From contig DASVQM010000072.1 of NCBI GenBank assembly GCA_036389095.1, forward strand, positions 25,718 through 89,717: 64,000 nt of DNA. Direction: 5' to 3'. The stretch comes from Pyrinomonadaceae bacterium (lineage in GTDB: Bacteria > Acidobacteriota > Blastocatellia > Pyrinomonadales > Pyrinomonadaceae). Shown piece by piece: positions 26,235 through 34,563 of this stretch; the stretch's first letter is position 1; each line of letters begins with the position of its first letter. A program made the translations under genes and the position numbers. The notes below the pieces were generated by a model. The model searched no databases, was not told where the DNA came from, and worked only from the letters and a program-made list of their open reading frames with translations.

Positions 26235-26508
26235 AAGTAGAGCAAAAAGGGATTTGAGCAGCCGGACAAGATTATCTGGCTGCTTATGATTGATCGGAAG
26301 TAGAGTACTCATCTTAATTCTGCTCCCATAGTTACAAAGAGATAGATGGAAATGGAACGCACTTTATTAAAGGGCAGTGAACTGAACTTCATTAGTAGAT
26401 TTGGAGTGAGCCAAACCATCTACCTTGTTTGGTTACCTGATCTGCGCCATTACATGTCTTTAGTTATGATTAAACTTAACATTTCAGAATACTTACTCCC
26501 AGTTTTCG

Positions 26509-26530
26509 GTAGAATGGTTGTTGCTGTGTA
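26509..26530. repeat. 22-bp direct repeat GTAGAATGGTTGTTGCTGTGTA, copy 1 (copy 2 at 26610-26631)
   Basis: Exact 22-mer present twice, 101 bp apart. Confidence 0.85.
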
Positions 26531-26716
26531 TGCCCTATGATTTACCCTTTCCCGTCTTGTAAACACTTCTTTCTTTTGAGCTTAAAGCTATTGCGCCTGA
26601 TCTGGCTTAGTAGAATGGTTGTTGCTGTGTACGACCCTTCAAAGCACAGATAACAGTCTGATTGGCCTTTGTCTGATTCGGAATAGACTGATCCATCAAA
26701 TTCCACTTAAACAATT

Positions 26717-26756
26717 GACGCCCGTAAATCCTTAGTTCTTAAGGAGTACGGGCGTC
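26717..26756 (-). terminator. strong compound hairpin just inside the right-end repeats (possible terminator for read-through from pilC)
   Basis: GACGCCCGTA-aa-TCCTTA-gttct-TAAGGA-g-TACGGGCGTC. On the minus strand it is followed by CAATTGTTTAAG. Confidence 0.45.
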
Positions 26757-26824
26757 GGTAAATTACCAATACCTGAAACGGAAAAGTATCAGTAACCGAA
26801 ACGGTAAATTAACTTTACCTCGCA
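26756..26824 (-). repeat. right-end array: three tandem 23-bp units (putative transposase binding sites) ending in the CA tip
   Basis: CGGTAAATTACCAATACCTGAAA, CGGAAAAGTATCAGTAACCGAAA and CGGTAAATTAACTTTACCTCGCA are pairwise 17/23 identical. Confidence 0.7.
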
Positions 26825-26834
26825 GGGTCTCAGT
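26823..26834. repeat. right copy of the direct repeat CAGGGTCTCAGT, overlapping the pilC stop codon
   Basis: Identical to 3715-3726. Confidence 0.75.
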
Positions 26835-28059
26835 GGCCCTGCGACAGCTTGCCGATGAGGGTGAAGAGCGGCAGGTACATGGCGATCACGATGGAGCCGA
26901 TGGTGACGCCGAGGAAGCCTATCAGGATGGGCTCGATGAGGGTCAGGAGATTGGCGATGGCCGCATCAACCTCTTGCTCGTAGAAGTCTGCGATCTTGCC
27001 GAGCATGGCGTCCAAGGCTCCGGTCTGTTCGCCGATGCCGATCATCTGCGCCACCATGCTCGGGAAGACTTCAGTCGCCTTTAACGGATCAACGAAGCTT
27101 TCACCGCGCTCGACCCCGGCGCGTACTTTCATGATCGCCTGTTCGATGACGACGTTGCCGGCGGTGCGCGCCGTGATGTCCAAGGATTGCAGGATGGGCA
27201 CGCCGGAGGAGAGCAGGGTCGCCAGCGTGCGCGAGAAGCGCGCGACCGCTATCTTGCGCATGATGCCGCCGAAGATGGGGAGCTTCAAGATGATCGTATC
27301 GAGGATGCGACGCCCGCCCGGCGTCTTGTAGTAGTAGCGCAGGGCGACGACGATTCCGATCAGGGCGACGAGAATGGAGAGACCGCCCCACCCGGCGAGG
27401 AATTCGCTGACGCCGACGACGATGCGCGTCGGCAGGGGCAGCAATTCCCCGGGGCCAAGCAGTCCAAGGAAGATGTTCTGAAACTGCGGGATGACGACCA
27501 CCATGATGACGGCTATCGCGCCTATCGCCATCAGGATCACCGCCGCCGGATAGATGAGGGCCGACATGATGTCGCGCTTGAGCTTGACGATCTTTTCGAT
27601 GAAGGTCGAGAGACGCTGCAAGATGAGGTCGAGAATACCTCCGGTCTCGCCAGCCTCGACCATGTTCGTGTAGAGCTGATCGAAGACTTTCGGATGACGC
27701 GCCATCGCCGCCGCCAGCGTCGAGCCTTCTTCGACATCCTGGCGCACCTGCATCAGGACTTGCTGGAAGTGTTTGTTATCCTGCTGTTGGCCCAGGATGT
27801 CCAAACATTGCACGAGCGGGAGACCGGCATCAATCATCACAGAGAACTGGCGCGTGAAGATGGAGAGGGCTTTGGCCTTGACCTTCTTGCGCCCGCCGAT
27901 CTTTGGAATCCCGACCTCGCGTCCCTTCTCTTTGACGGAGGTCAGCGTGACCTGCTCGCGGCGAAGGATCTGGCGCAAAGCTTCACGATTGTCTGCGACG
28001 CGCTCGCCGACCACGATCTCGTTGAGTCGGTTGCGGCCTTTGAAGACGTAAGTGGGCAT
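26830..28059 (-). CDS. pilC: type IV pilus assembly platform protein PilC (GspF family)
   Basis: 409 aa with the duplicated T2SSF domain pattern, three TM regions, and pilB/pilT neighbours. Confidence 0.9.
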   Translation of the reverse strand: MPTYVFKGRNRLNEIVVGERVADNREALRQILRREQVTLTSVKEKGREVGIPKIGGRKKVKAKALSIFTRQFSVMIDAGLPLVQCLDILGQQQDNKHFQQVLMQVRQDVEEGSTLAAAMARHPKVFDQLYTNMVEAGETGGILDLILQRLSTFIEKIVKLKRDIMSALIYPAAVILMAIGAIAVIMVVVIPQFQNIFLGLLGPGELLPLPTRIVVGVSEFLAGWGGLSILVALIGIVVALRYYYKTPGGRRILDTIILKLPIFGGIMRKIAVARFSRTLATLLSSGVPILQSLDITARTAGNVVIEQAIMKVRAGVERGESFVDPLKATEVFPSMVAQMIGIGEQTGALDAMLGKIADFYEQEVDAAIANLLTLIEPILIGFLGVTIGSIVIAMYLPLFTLIGKLSQGH

Positions 28060-28077
28060 ATCTGAAAACTCCTAAGA

Positions 28078-28152
28078 ACAGTGACGAGTGACGAGTGACG
28101 AGTTAGAGGACAGGCTTTTAAGTTTTCACTTGCCACTCGGCACTCGTCACAG
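28078..28152. repeat. heptamer-based hairpin element: (GTGACGA)3 ... imperfect (TCGTCAC)n arm
   Basis: CAGTGACGAGTGACGAGTGACGAGTT...TTCACTTGCCACTCGGCACTCGTCAC, lying between pilT and pilC. Confidence 0.8.
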
Positions 28153-28155
28153 CTT

Positions 28156-29355
28156 TTATCTGACGCCCGGGCGGACGCCGACTGGGCGTCCCTGCGCGTA
28201 AGGGCTCGGATGCGCGCCGGGCTTGCCGGGAGCGGCTGAAGAACCGTTGCCGGTGTTGAGGCCCGAACCGCGTTCGATGAGGTCTTTCAGCTCATCCGTA
28301 TTCGACGAACGCTGCATCGCCACGTCCATCGTGATCAGGCGCTTGTGATAGAGCGAGGCGAGCGCCTGGTTGAAGGTCTGCATGCCGTACTTGTCCTGGC
28401 CCGTCTGCATCATGGAGTAAAGCTGGTGGACCTTGTCTTCGCGGATCAGATTCCTGATGGCCGAGTTCGGGACGAGAATCTCAAGCGCCATCGCGCGGCC
28501 CTGTCCATCGGCGCGCGGCAAAAGCGCCTGGCACATGATGCCTTCGAGGACGAGCGAGAGCTGCGCCCTGATCTGCGCCTGCTGGTCTGACGGGAAGACA
28601 TCGATAATGCGATTGATGGTCGAGGCGGCGGAGTTCGTGTGAAGCGTGGCGAAGGTCAAGTGGCCCGTCTCCGCTATGCGCAGGGCGGACTCTATGGTCT
28701 CAAGATCACGCATCTCGCCGACGAGCACGACATCGGGGTCTTGGCGCAAAGCCGTGCGTAAGGCTTCGGCAAATCCCTTGGTGTCGGCGTTGACCTCGCG
28801 CTGGTTGACGAGGCAGTTCTTGTGGTTGTGCAGAAATTCGATGGGGTCTTCGATGGTCAGGATGTGCTCGTGGCGATCAGTGTTGATCTTGTCTATCATC
28901 GCGGCGAGCGTCGTTGATTTGCCCGAGCCGGTGGGCCCAGTGACGAGGATGAGACCGCGCGGCTTGTCGCAGAGCTGTTTGACGATGGGCGGCAGGCCCA
29001 GCTTTTCAAAGGGCTTGATCTCGTAGGGGATGGCGCGAAAGACAGCGCCGACCGCGCCGCGCTGGTTAAAGATGTTGGCGCGGAAACGAGAGAGGCCCTT
29101 GACGCCGAAAGAGAAATCCAGTTCCAGACTCTCTTCAAAGCGATGCTTCTGCGCGTCTGTGAGCACAGAGTAGGCCAGCTGTTTGGTGTCGGCGGAAGAG
29201 AGCGGGCGGTAACCTTCTAAGGGGCGCAGGTGACCATCAACGCGAACCTGCGGCGGCGTGTTGGTCGTAATGTGAAGGTCTGAGCCGCCAAGTTCGGCGA
29301 GCTTTTTCAGTAGCTCGGAGAGCGTGATCTGCGGAGCAGCTTCATTCGTCATCAT
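28156..29355 (-). CDS. pilT: twitching-motility ATPase PilT (with a Gly/Pro-rich C-terminal tail)
   Basis: Walker A GPTGSGKST, EDPIEF, and the Asp/His boxes LVGEMRD and GHLTFATLHT. The start is MMTNEAAPQITLSELL. Confidence 0.9.
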   Translation of the reverse strand: MMTNEAAPQITLSELLKKLAELGGSDLHITTNTPPQVRVDGHLRPLEGYRPLSSADTKQLAYSVLTDAQKHRFEESLELDFSFGVKGLSRFRANIFNQRGAVGAVFRAIPYEIKPFEKLGLPPIVKQLCDKPRGLILVTGPTGSGKSTTLAAMIDKINTDRHEHILTIEDPIEFLHNHKNCLVNQREVNADTKGFAEALRTALRQDPDVVLVGEMRDLETIESALRIAETGHLTFATLHTNSAASTINRIIDVFPSDQQAQIRAQLSLVLEGIMCQALLPRADGQGRAMALEILVPNSAIRNLIREDKVHQLYSMMQTGQDKYGMQTFNQALASLYHKRLITMDVAMQRSSNTDELKDLIERGSGLNTGNGSSAAPGKPGAHPSPYAQGRPVGVRPGVR

Positions 29356-29442
29356 GAATTTTATTTTTCTCCGGGGATTCTCCGGCGCGGCGCGCAAGCA
29401 GCGAAGCGCTTGCGCGCCGCGTCCGGGATGAGTGAAGGGGCT

Positions 29443-30279
29443 TTAGCGGCGTTGCGCCGACCTGCTATCGGTCTGGCGGTTGGACGTACCGAGCGTCGCA
29501 ATCACACGTTCGGCTTCCACGGCCATGCGGTCGGAAAACTCTACCGGCGCGTTCGATACGATGTTGTAGATGCGGCCTTCCGACTCCGTGAAGTAGAAAG
29601 TCCAGGACTGCTGGGGCGTGCGAGCGTCGCTCGGCGGAGCCGTCTGGGCCAGGACGATGTAGACGCGGCGTCCGTTGATCTCGCGCTCGAAGTCATTGAC
29701 GACCCATCCGCCCGCCGCGAGCATTCTGTCTATCACCGTGCGCCGCAGCGTAGCGAACGGCACGCCGCTTAAAGCACGGCGCTGTGACGAGGCCGTCCCG
29801 CCAGCACCATTGCTTGAAGCGTTGGCGACGACGGAGACTGCCACCTGGCCCACAGTCCTGCCATCCGGCGTATTGAGACGGACTCCCGTCCCGATGGTCG
29901 TGGGCCCAGGACGGCTGCTATGCTCTGTCGCAATGACGGGCGTGGACTGCCCGCGCGAATCATTGCCGAGCCAGGTCGTGGAGGACAAAGCATCGGTCGA
30001 GGACGAAGTTGCGCTCGAAGACTGCCTGTCGGCATTGCCCTGTCGCAAGCCCGCGAGCGCTCGCTTGCGCTCAAGGGCTGCGCGGCGACGGCGCTGGCGT
30101 GCACGATAACGACGCCACCAGGCGCGCGAGTGACGACGAAGACTTCTCTTTTTACTCGCCGCCGCTGACTCTTCCGTGTGCGCCGAGGAGCTGACATAAG
30201 GCAGCATCGCGGCCAGGGAGAAAAGCATTAAAAAAGATAAAGCGACGACGCGCAGGACTCTTCCCCATCTCTTCATCAT
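29443..30279 (-). CDS. secreted hypothetical protein with an extremely Arg-rich segment, embedded in the pilus operon
   Basis: Signal-like N-terminus, then RRHSRAWWRRYRARQRRRRAALERKR. Its start overlaps the pilB stop (ATGA-type). Confidence 0.6.
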   Translation of the reverse strand: MMKRWGRVLRVVALSFLMLFSLAAMLPYVSSSAHTEESAAASKKRSLRRHSRAWWRRYRARQRRRRAALERKRALAGLRQGNADRQSSSATSSSTDALSSTTWLGNDSRGQSTPVIATEHSSRPGPTTIGTGVRLNTPDGRTVGQVAVSVVANASSNGAGGTASSQRRALSGVPFATLRRTVIDRMLAAGGWVVNDFEREINGRRVYIVLAQTAPPSDARTPQQSWTFYFTESEGRIYNIVSNAPVEFSDRMAVEAERVIATLGTSNRQTDSRSAQRR

Positions 30280-32099
30280 GCCACCGTCTCCCGAACCACC
30301 TCTTCAACGGTCGTGATGCCGCCGCGAATCTTATGAATACCGGATTCGCGCAATGTAATCATTCCGTCTTCGATGGCCCTCTTACGCAGTTCCAAAGCCG
30401 AAGCGCCGATCAGGATCAGTTCCCTGATCTCGTCTGTCACTTCCATCACTTCATAGAGACCGACGCGGCCCTTGTAGCCAGTGCCGTTGCAGGTCTGGCA
30501 GCCACGCCCCTTGTAGGTCTTGATCTGGCGCGCTTCGTCAGCCGAAAACCCGACTTCGATGAGAGCTTCGGGCGGCATCTGGTGCTCTTTCTTGCAGTCT
30601 TTGCAGACGCGGCGTATGAGCCGCTGCGCCTGTATGAGATTAACGCTCGTGGCCACTAGGAAAGGCTCTATGCCCATGTTCATCAGACGCGAGATGGTGG
30701 AGGGCGCGTCGTTGGTGTGAAGAGTTGAAAGGACGAGGTGGCCCGTGAGGGCGGCCTTGATGGCGATCTCGGCGGTCTCGAAGTCACGAATCTCGCCGAC
30801 GAGGATGATGTTCGGGTCTTGTCGCAGGAAGGAGCGCAGGGCGGCGGCGAAGTTCAATCCGATCTGCTCTTTCATCTGCACCTGATTGACGCCCGCGAGG
30901 TTGAACTCGACCGGATCTTCAGCCGTCATGATGTTGGTCTCGGTCGTGTTCAAGGATTGCAGCGCAGAGTAGAGCGTGTTGGTCTTGCCGGAGCCGGTCG
31001 GCCCCGTCACCAGCACCATGCCGTAGGGGCGCGAGATGTTGCGCTGGAATTTCTCCAAAGACTGCGGCTCGAATCCGAGCTTCGTCATGTCCAGCATCAG
31101 ATTCTCTTTATCCAGGAGACGGAGCACGACCTTTTCGCCGAAGAGCGTCGGCAGCGTCGAGACGCGAAAATCCAGCTCGCGCGAGCGCGCGTCAACCTTG
31201 ACCTTGATCTTGATGCGACCGTCCTGCGGCAGACGCTTTTCCGAGATGTCCAGCTTCGACATGATCTTGAGGCGCGAGATCAGCGCGTCGCGCATCTTTA
31301 AGGGCGGGTGCATCACGTCGTAAAGCACGCCGTCAATGCGAAAGCGTATGCGCAGCTCTTTCTCATAAGGCTCGATGTGAATGTCTGAGGCACCGCGACG
31401 CAGCGCGTCCACCAGAAGGACGTTGACCAGACGCACGACGGGCGCGTCCTCGCTCATGCGCGTCAGGCTTGAGAGGTCAATCTCCTCGTTATCTTCTATG
31501 ACCTCAAGGTTTTCGGCAGCCTCGCTGTCGAAGTCCAGGCTGTCCAGCGAGACCAGATCGGCGTGCGTGATGCCGCCCGTATGACCGTTGCCATTGCCGT
31601 TACCGTTCGAGCCCTTGACGCTCAGGCCGTCAACGATCATGTCAGCGCCGACTGTCGCCAGCTCTATCTCGCGTGAGACATCGTAATACTTGGCGATGGC
31701 CTCGTGAACGCTCGCCTCGGAGACGACGACGGGCTCTATGTTCAAGCCCGTCATAAACTTAATGTCGTCCATCGCAAAGACGTTGGTCGGATCCACCATC
31801 GCCAGCGTGAGCGTCGCCCCGACTCTTGAGAGCGGCAGGACAGAATACTTCTGCGCCACGTCCTGCGGGATCAGGCGAATCACAGGGTCTTCAATGTCAA
31901 ACAGCTCCAGGTTGACCGACGGCACTCCGTACTGGCGCGAGAGCACGGCTGTGATCATGTCGTCGGAGACGAGCCCGAGCTTGACCAGGTTATAGCCCAG
32001 ACGCCCGCCATGCTCGCGCTGGTAGTCCAACGCCTCACGCAACTGTTGCGGGCTCAAGAGATTTTCGCGGACGAGAATTTCCCCTAATTTGGCTGACAT
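30276..32099 (-). CDS. pilB: type IV pilus assembly ATPase PilB (GspE family)
   Basis: N-terminal GSPII_E_N-like domain, Walker A GPTGSGKTNT, and the tetra-Cys motif CKDCK...CQTCNGTGYKGR. Confidence 0.9.
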   Translation of the reverse strand: MSAKLGEILVRENLLSPQQLREALDYQREHGGRLGYNLVKLGLVSDDMITAVLSRQYGVPSVNLELFDIEDPVIRLIPQDVAQKYSVLPLSRVGATLTLAMVDPTNVFAMDDIKFMTGLNIEPVVVSEASVHEAIAKYYDVSREIELATVGADMIVDGLSVKGSNGNGNGNGHTGGITHADLVSLDSLDFDSEAAENLEVIEDNEEIDLSSLTRMSEDAPVVRLVNVLLVDALRRGASDIHIEPYEKELRIRFRIDGVLYDVMHPPLKMRDALISRLKIMSKLDISEKRLPQDGRIKIKVKVDARSRELDFRVSTLPTLFGEKVVLRLLDKENLMLDMTKLGFEPQSLEKFQRNISRPYGMVLVTGPTGSGKTNTLYSALQSLNTTETNIMTAEDPVEFNLAGVNQVQMKEQIGLNFAAALRSFLRQDPNIILVGEIRDFETAEIAIKAALTGHLVLSTLHTNDAPSTISRLMNMGIEPFLVATSVNLIQAQRLIRRVCKDCKKEHQMPPEALIEVGFSADEARQIKTYKGRGCQTCNGTGYKGRVGLYEVMEVTDEIRELILIGASALELRKRAIEDGMITLRESGIHKIRGGITTVEEVVRETVA

Positions 32100-32303
32100 C
32101 TTTTAAGATTTTCCAACTTTTGCGAAGCGCTTCCCGATAAGGATGGCGACGGAAGATTGTGGGCGGAGGTGGCTGCAACGGTGGCCGCTTAAACGCACGC
32201 ATCTAAATGGACAAACGGTGCTCAACACCGTTGCACAACGAATAGTACCGTTTTAACGAGATATGTGTCAAGCTGATTATTCGAGAGGGCAATTTGACGT
32301 GAG

Positions 32304-32343
32304 AAGGCCGCGATTGCCGGGTTAACCTGACAATCGCGGCCTT
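32304..32343. terminator. 13-bp-stem hairpin downstream of the TPR gene
   Basis: AAGGCCGCGATTG-(14 nt)-CAATCGCGGCCTT. It has no clear U-tract. Confidence 0.4.
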
Positions 32344-32371
32344 GAAAAGTTAAAAGGAACGCTGTTGTGGC

Positions 32372-33703
32372 CTAATTACCGCGCCTGCGACGAGCCGGAG
32401 TTCTCTCGGGCTTGATGTTCTGCTGATTCTTGACCTCTTCGAGCACGGCCTTGGCGTCGGCCTTGAGCGGATTGGTATCCGGGGCGTTGTCCACAAACCG
32501 CTGTAGATAATTGGCGGCTTCCTGGAACTTGGCCTTGTCGTTTGACGCGTAGGCCAGGTTGTAGAGCGCCAGCCCTGCGCCCATCAACGCATCCACGTTG
32601 TCCGGGTTCGCGTCAAGAATTTTCCGATACTCTGCGAGAGCCTTGTCGGTCGCACCGGCGTCCAGGAGCATCTTGGCAAGGTCGTTCTGGCCTTTGAGCT
32701 TCTTGGCCGGGTCTGTTTCGGCCTCTATGTAATCGTTGAAGGCCAGGAGACCGGCATCGGCCTGCGACTGTTCGACCTTGGAGACAAACAACTGCATTGT
32801 TTTGGCTCTCACGTCGAAGGCGGCCAGCCTGTTCTGCTTGTACTGGGCCGCAGCCGTCGGGTCTGTGGGAACAGCCTTCTTCTTCACGAGGTCAATCGCT
32901 TTAGCTGAAGCCTCTGCCGCCTCGCGCCAGTCCTGCTGGGCCGATTTTATCCCGGCATCCCTGGCCGCGTCGTCGCCCTTGATCTTGACGGCGTTGTTGT
33001 AGCGTTCAGCGCCGCGCAAGCGTAGCGCTTCGGCCAGGCCGACCCAGAGGGCGTCCTGCTCAGGATCGGCGGCGAGGCCCTCTTTAAAGTTCGTGACGGC
33101 TTCATCCCAGCGCTTAGCGCCGAGCGCTTCCTGGCCGGCCTTGAAAGTCCGCCCGAGGATAGCGTTAACATTCTGGTTCTGTGTGTTTTGCGCTGTGACC
33201 TCGGCGTTCTTCCGCTCCATCTCCTCACGCTTGGCGCGCTCTTCCTTGGTTTCAGTCCGGGCAGGACGCCCCGCAGCCGCGCCGCCGCTACCAGCGCCGC
33301 CACCGCCTCCGCTGCCCATGGCCTTCACCTCTGCCTGCGTTAATCGTTTGCCGTCGCCGCCGGGGCGGAGTTGAAGCTCAAAATCTATATCCTGACCCAC
33401 CTTGACATTGGGGATGGCATCGGGGCTGGCGTTCGCAGCGCTGGCCGCGATGACATAGGTTCCGCCGAGCGGGAGTCCGGCAAATCTGAAGATGCCTTTC
33501 TTATCAGTCTTCGTCTCGTATTTGCCTGAGATGTCTATACGGAACACATCCACGATGGCCCCTTCGACGGGAGTTTTTGTACCGTCAGCCTGCGTCATGA
33601 CAACGTGGCCGCGCAATGGTCCAATCTGTGCGGAGGCTAGACGGCTGCCCGTGAGCAGCATAGCCACGGCGGCTAGATAGATGAAATAATTTTTACGACG
33701 CAT
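32372..33703 (-). CDS. secreted CarboxypepD_reg-like domain plus TPR-repeat protein
   Basis: ATG 33703 has GGAGGA upstream. It has a signal peptide, a beta-sandwich-like N-terminal domain (GAIVDVFRIDISGKYETKTDKKGIFRFAGLP) and TPR-like helices. Confidence 0.65.
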   Translation of the reverse strand: MRRKNYFIYLAAVAMLLTGSRLASAQIGPLRGHVVMTQADGTKTPVEGAIVDVFRIDISGKYETKTDKKGIFRFAGLPLGGTYVIAASAANASPDAIPNVKVGQDIDFELQLRPGGDGKRLTQAEVKAMGSGGGGGAGSGGAAAGRPARTETKEERAKREEMERKNAEVTAQNTQNQNVNAILGRTFKAGQEALGAKRWDEAVTNFKEGLAADPEQDALWVGLAEALRLRGAERYNNAVKIKGDDAARDAGIKSAQQDWREAAEASAKAIDLVKKKAVPTDPTAAAQYKQNRLAAFDVRAKTMQLFVSKVEQSQADAGLLAFNDYIEAETDPAKKLKGQNDLAKMLLDAGATDKALAEYRKILDANPDNVDALMGAGLALYNLAYASNDKAKFQEAANYLQRFVDNAPDTNPLKADAKAVLEEVKNQQNIKPERTPARRRRGN

Positions 33704-33837
33704 TCGAGGTTCCTCCAAAGAGTTTACAAGCCTTGAATCATAGCGGAAGGCTTGAATAAGATGCTGCGACAAATGGACGGGTTGTCATTTAATACCTGAA
33801 CAGAGGCCCGTCCGTCAACATCCGAGCGCCCCCTCCA

Positions 33838-34563
33838 TCATTCATAGGGGATCGGGTCTGTGACGCCGGCTTCATGAAAGGCTCGCAGCCGCAGCGCACA
33901 TGAATCGCAGCGCCCGCATGCACGCTCCGACGATTGATAGCATGACCATGTGAGCTGAAGCGGAGCATTCAGCTCAAGACCGCGAGCGATGATCTCAGAT
34001 TTGCGCAGGGCGATGACGGGCGTCACGATCTCGATATTGGTCTCGGGGCGCGTTCCCCTTTTGATCACCTGCTCGAAGGCGTCATAGAACTCTGGCCGAC
34101 AGTCCGGGTAGCCGGAAGAATCCTCTGCCACCGCACCGATATAGATGCGCTGTGCGCCGCAGGTCTCCGCCCAGCTCGTCGCAATCGAGAGCAGGTGAGC
34201 ATTACGAAAAGGGACGTAGCTCGTCGGTATCTCGCGCGACGAGAGATCGGCTTCGGCCACAGGGATGCCGCCGTCGGTCAGCGATGAGCCGCCGATGCGC
34301 GCCAGGTATTCAACAGAGACGGCGAGGCGCTTCGTCACCCCGTAATAGTCTGCAAGCTCTTCATAGGCGCGGCGCTCACGCGCTTCTGTGCGCTGTCCGT
34401 AAGAGACATGCAGGAAGGCCAGCTCGTCGTTCTCTTCGCGCGCGATGGCGGCGCAAACGCAGGAGTCCATCCCGCCTGAGACGAGACAAACAGCGAGCCG
34501 CGCTCTCTCTATTGTCTCCTCCAACTCCGCCTGAGCGTAAGCTCTGTCGTCATGTCCACCCAT
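33838..34563 (-). CDS. queC: 7-cyano-7-deazaguanine synthase QueC
   Basis: SGGMDS PP-loop and the C-terminal Cys cluster [10 protein letters not shown] 34563 overlaps the queE stop (GTGATG). Confidence 0.85.
   Translation of the reverse strand: MGGHDDRAYAQAELEETIERARLAVCLVSGGMDSCVCAAIAREENDELAFLHVSYGQRTEARERRAYEELADYYGVTKRLAVSVEYLARIGGSSLTDGGIPVAEADLSSREIPTSYVPFRNAHLLSIATSWAETCGAQRIYIGAVAEDSSGYPDCRPEFYDAFEQVIKRGTRPETNIEIVTPVIALRKSEIIARGLELNAPLQLTWSCYQSSERACGRCDSCALRLRAFHEAGVTDPIPYE

Larger units (their letters stand above)
3729..26824 (-). mobile_element. 23.1-kb Tn7/Tn5053-like (TnsB+TnsC type) transposon with cargo, inserted just downstream of pilC
   Basis: Inverted arrays of 23-bp repeats lie at both borders with TG...CA tips. 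A direct repeat flanks it, a DDE transposase/AAA+ ATPase operon lies inside, and the block is clearly AT-richer than both flanks. Confidence 0.75.

Noticed and set aside
25998-26312. ORFs 25998-26312 and 26078-26269 with repetitive peptide sequence (SAFHFF...)
   Set aside because: The repetition is simply the translation of the iteron-like DNA repeats. One ORF also overlaps the start of the 247-aa gene.
26147-26365. Possible CRISPR array
   Set aside because: The 22-23-bp units are contiguous with no spacers. There are only 4+1 copies and no cas genes. The array fits iterons or operators instead.
26540-26830. tRNA/tmRNA gene or a tyrosine/serine integrase at the island borders
   Set aside because: No tRNA-like T-arm or acceptor sequence lies near either border. 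No island ORF shows integrase or resolvase motifs.
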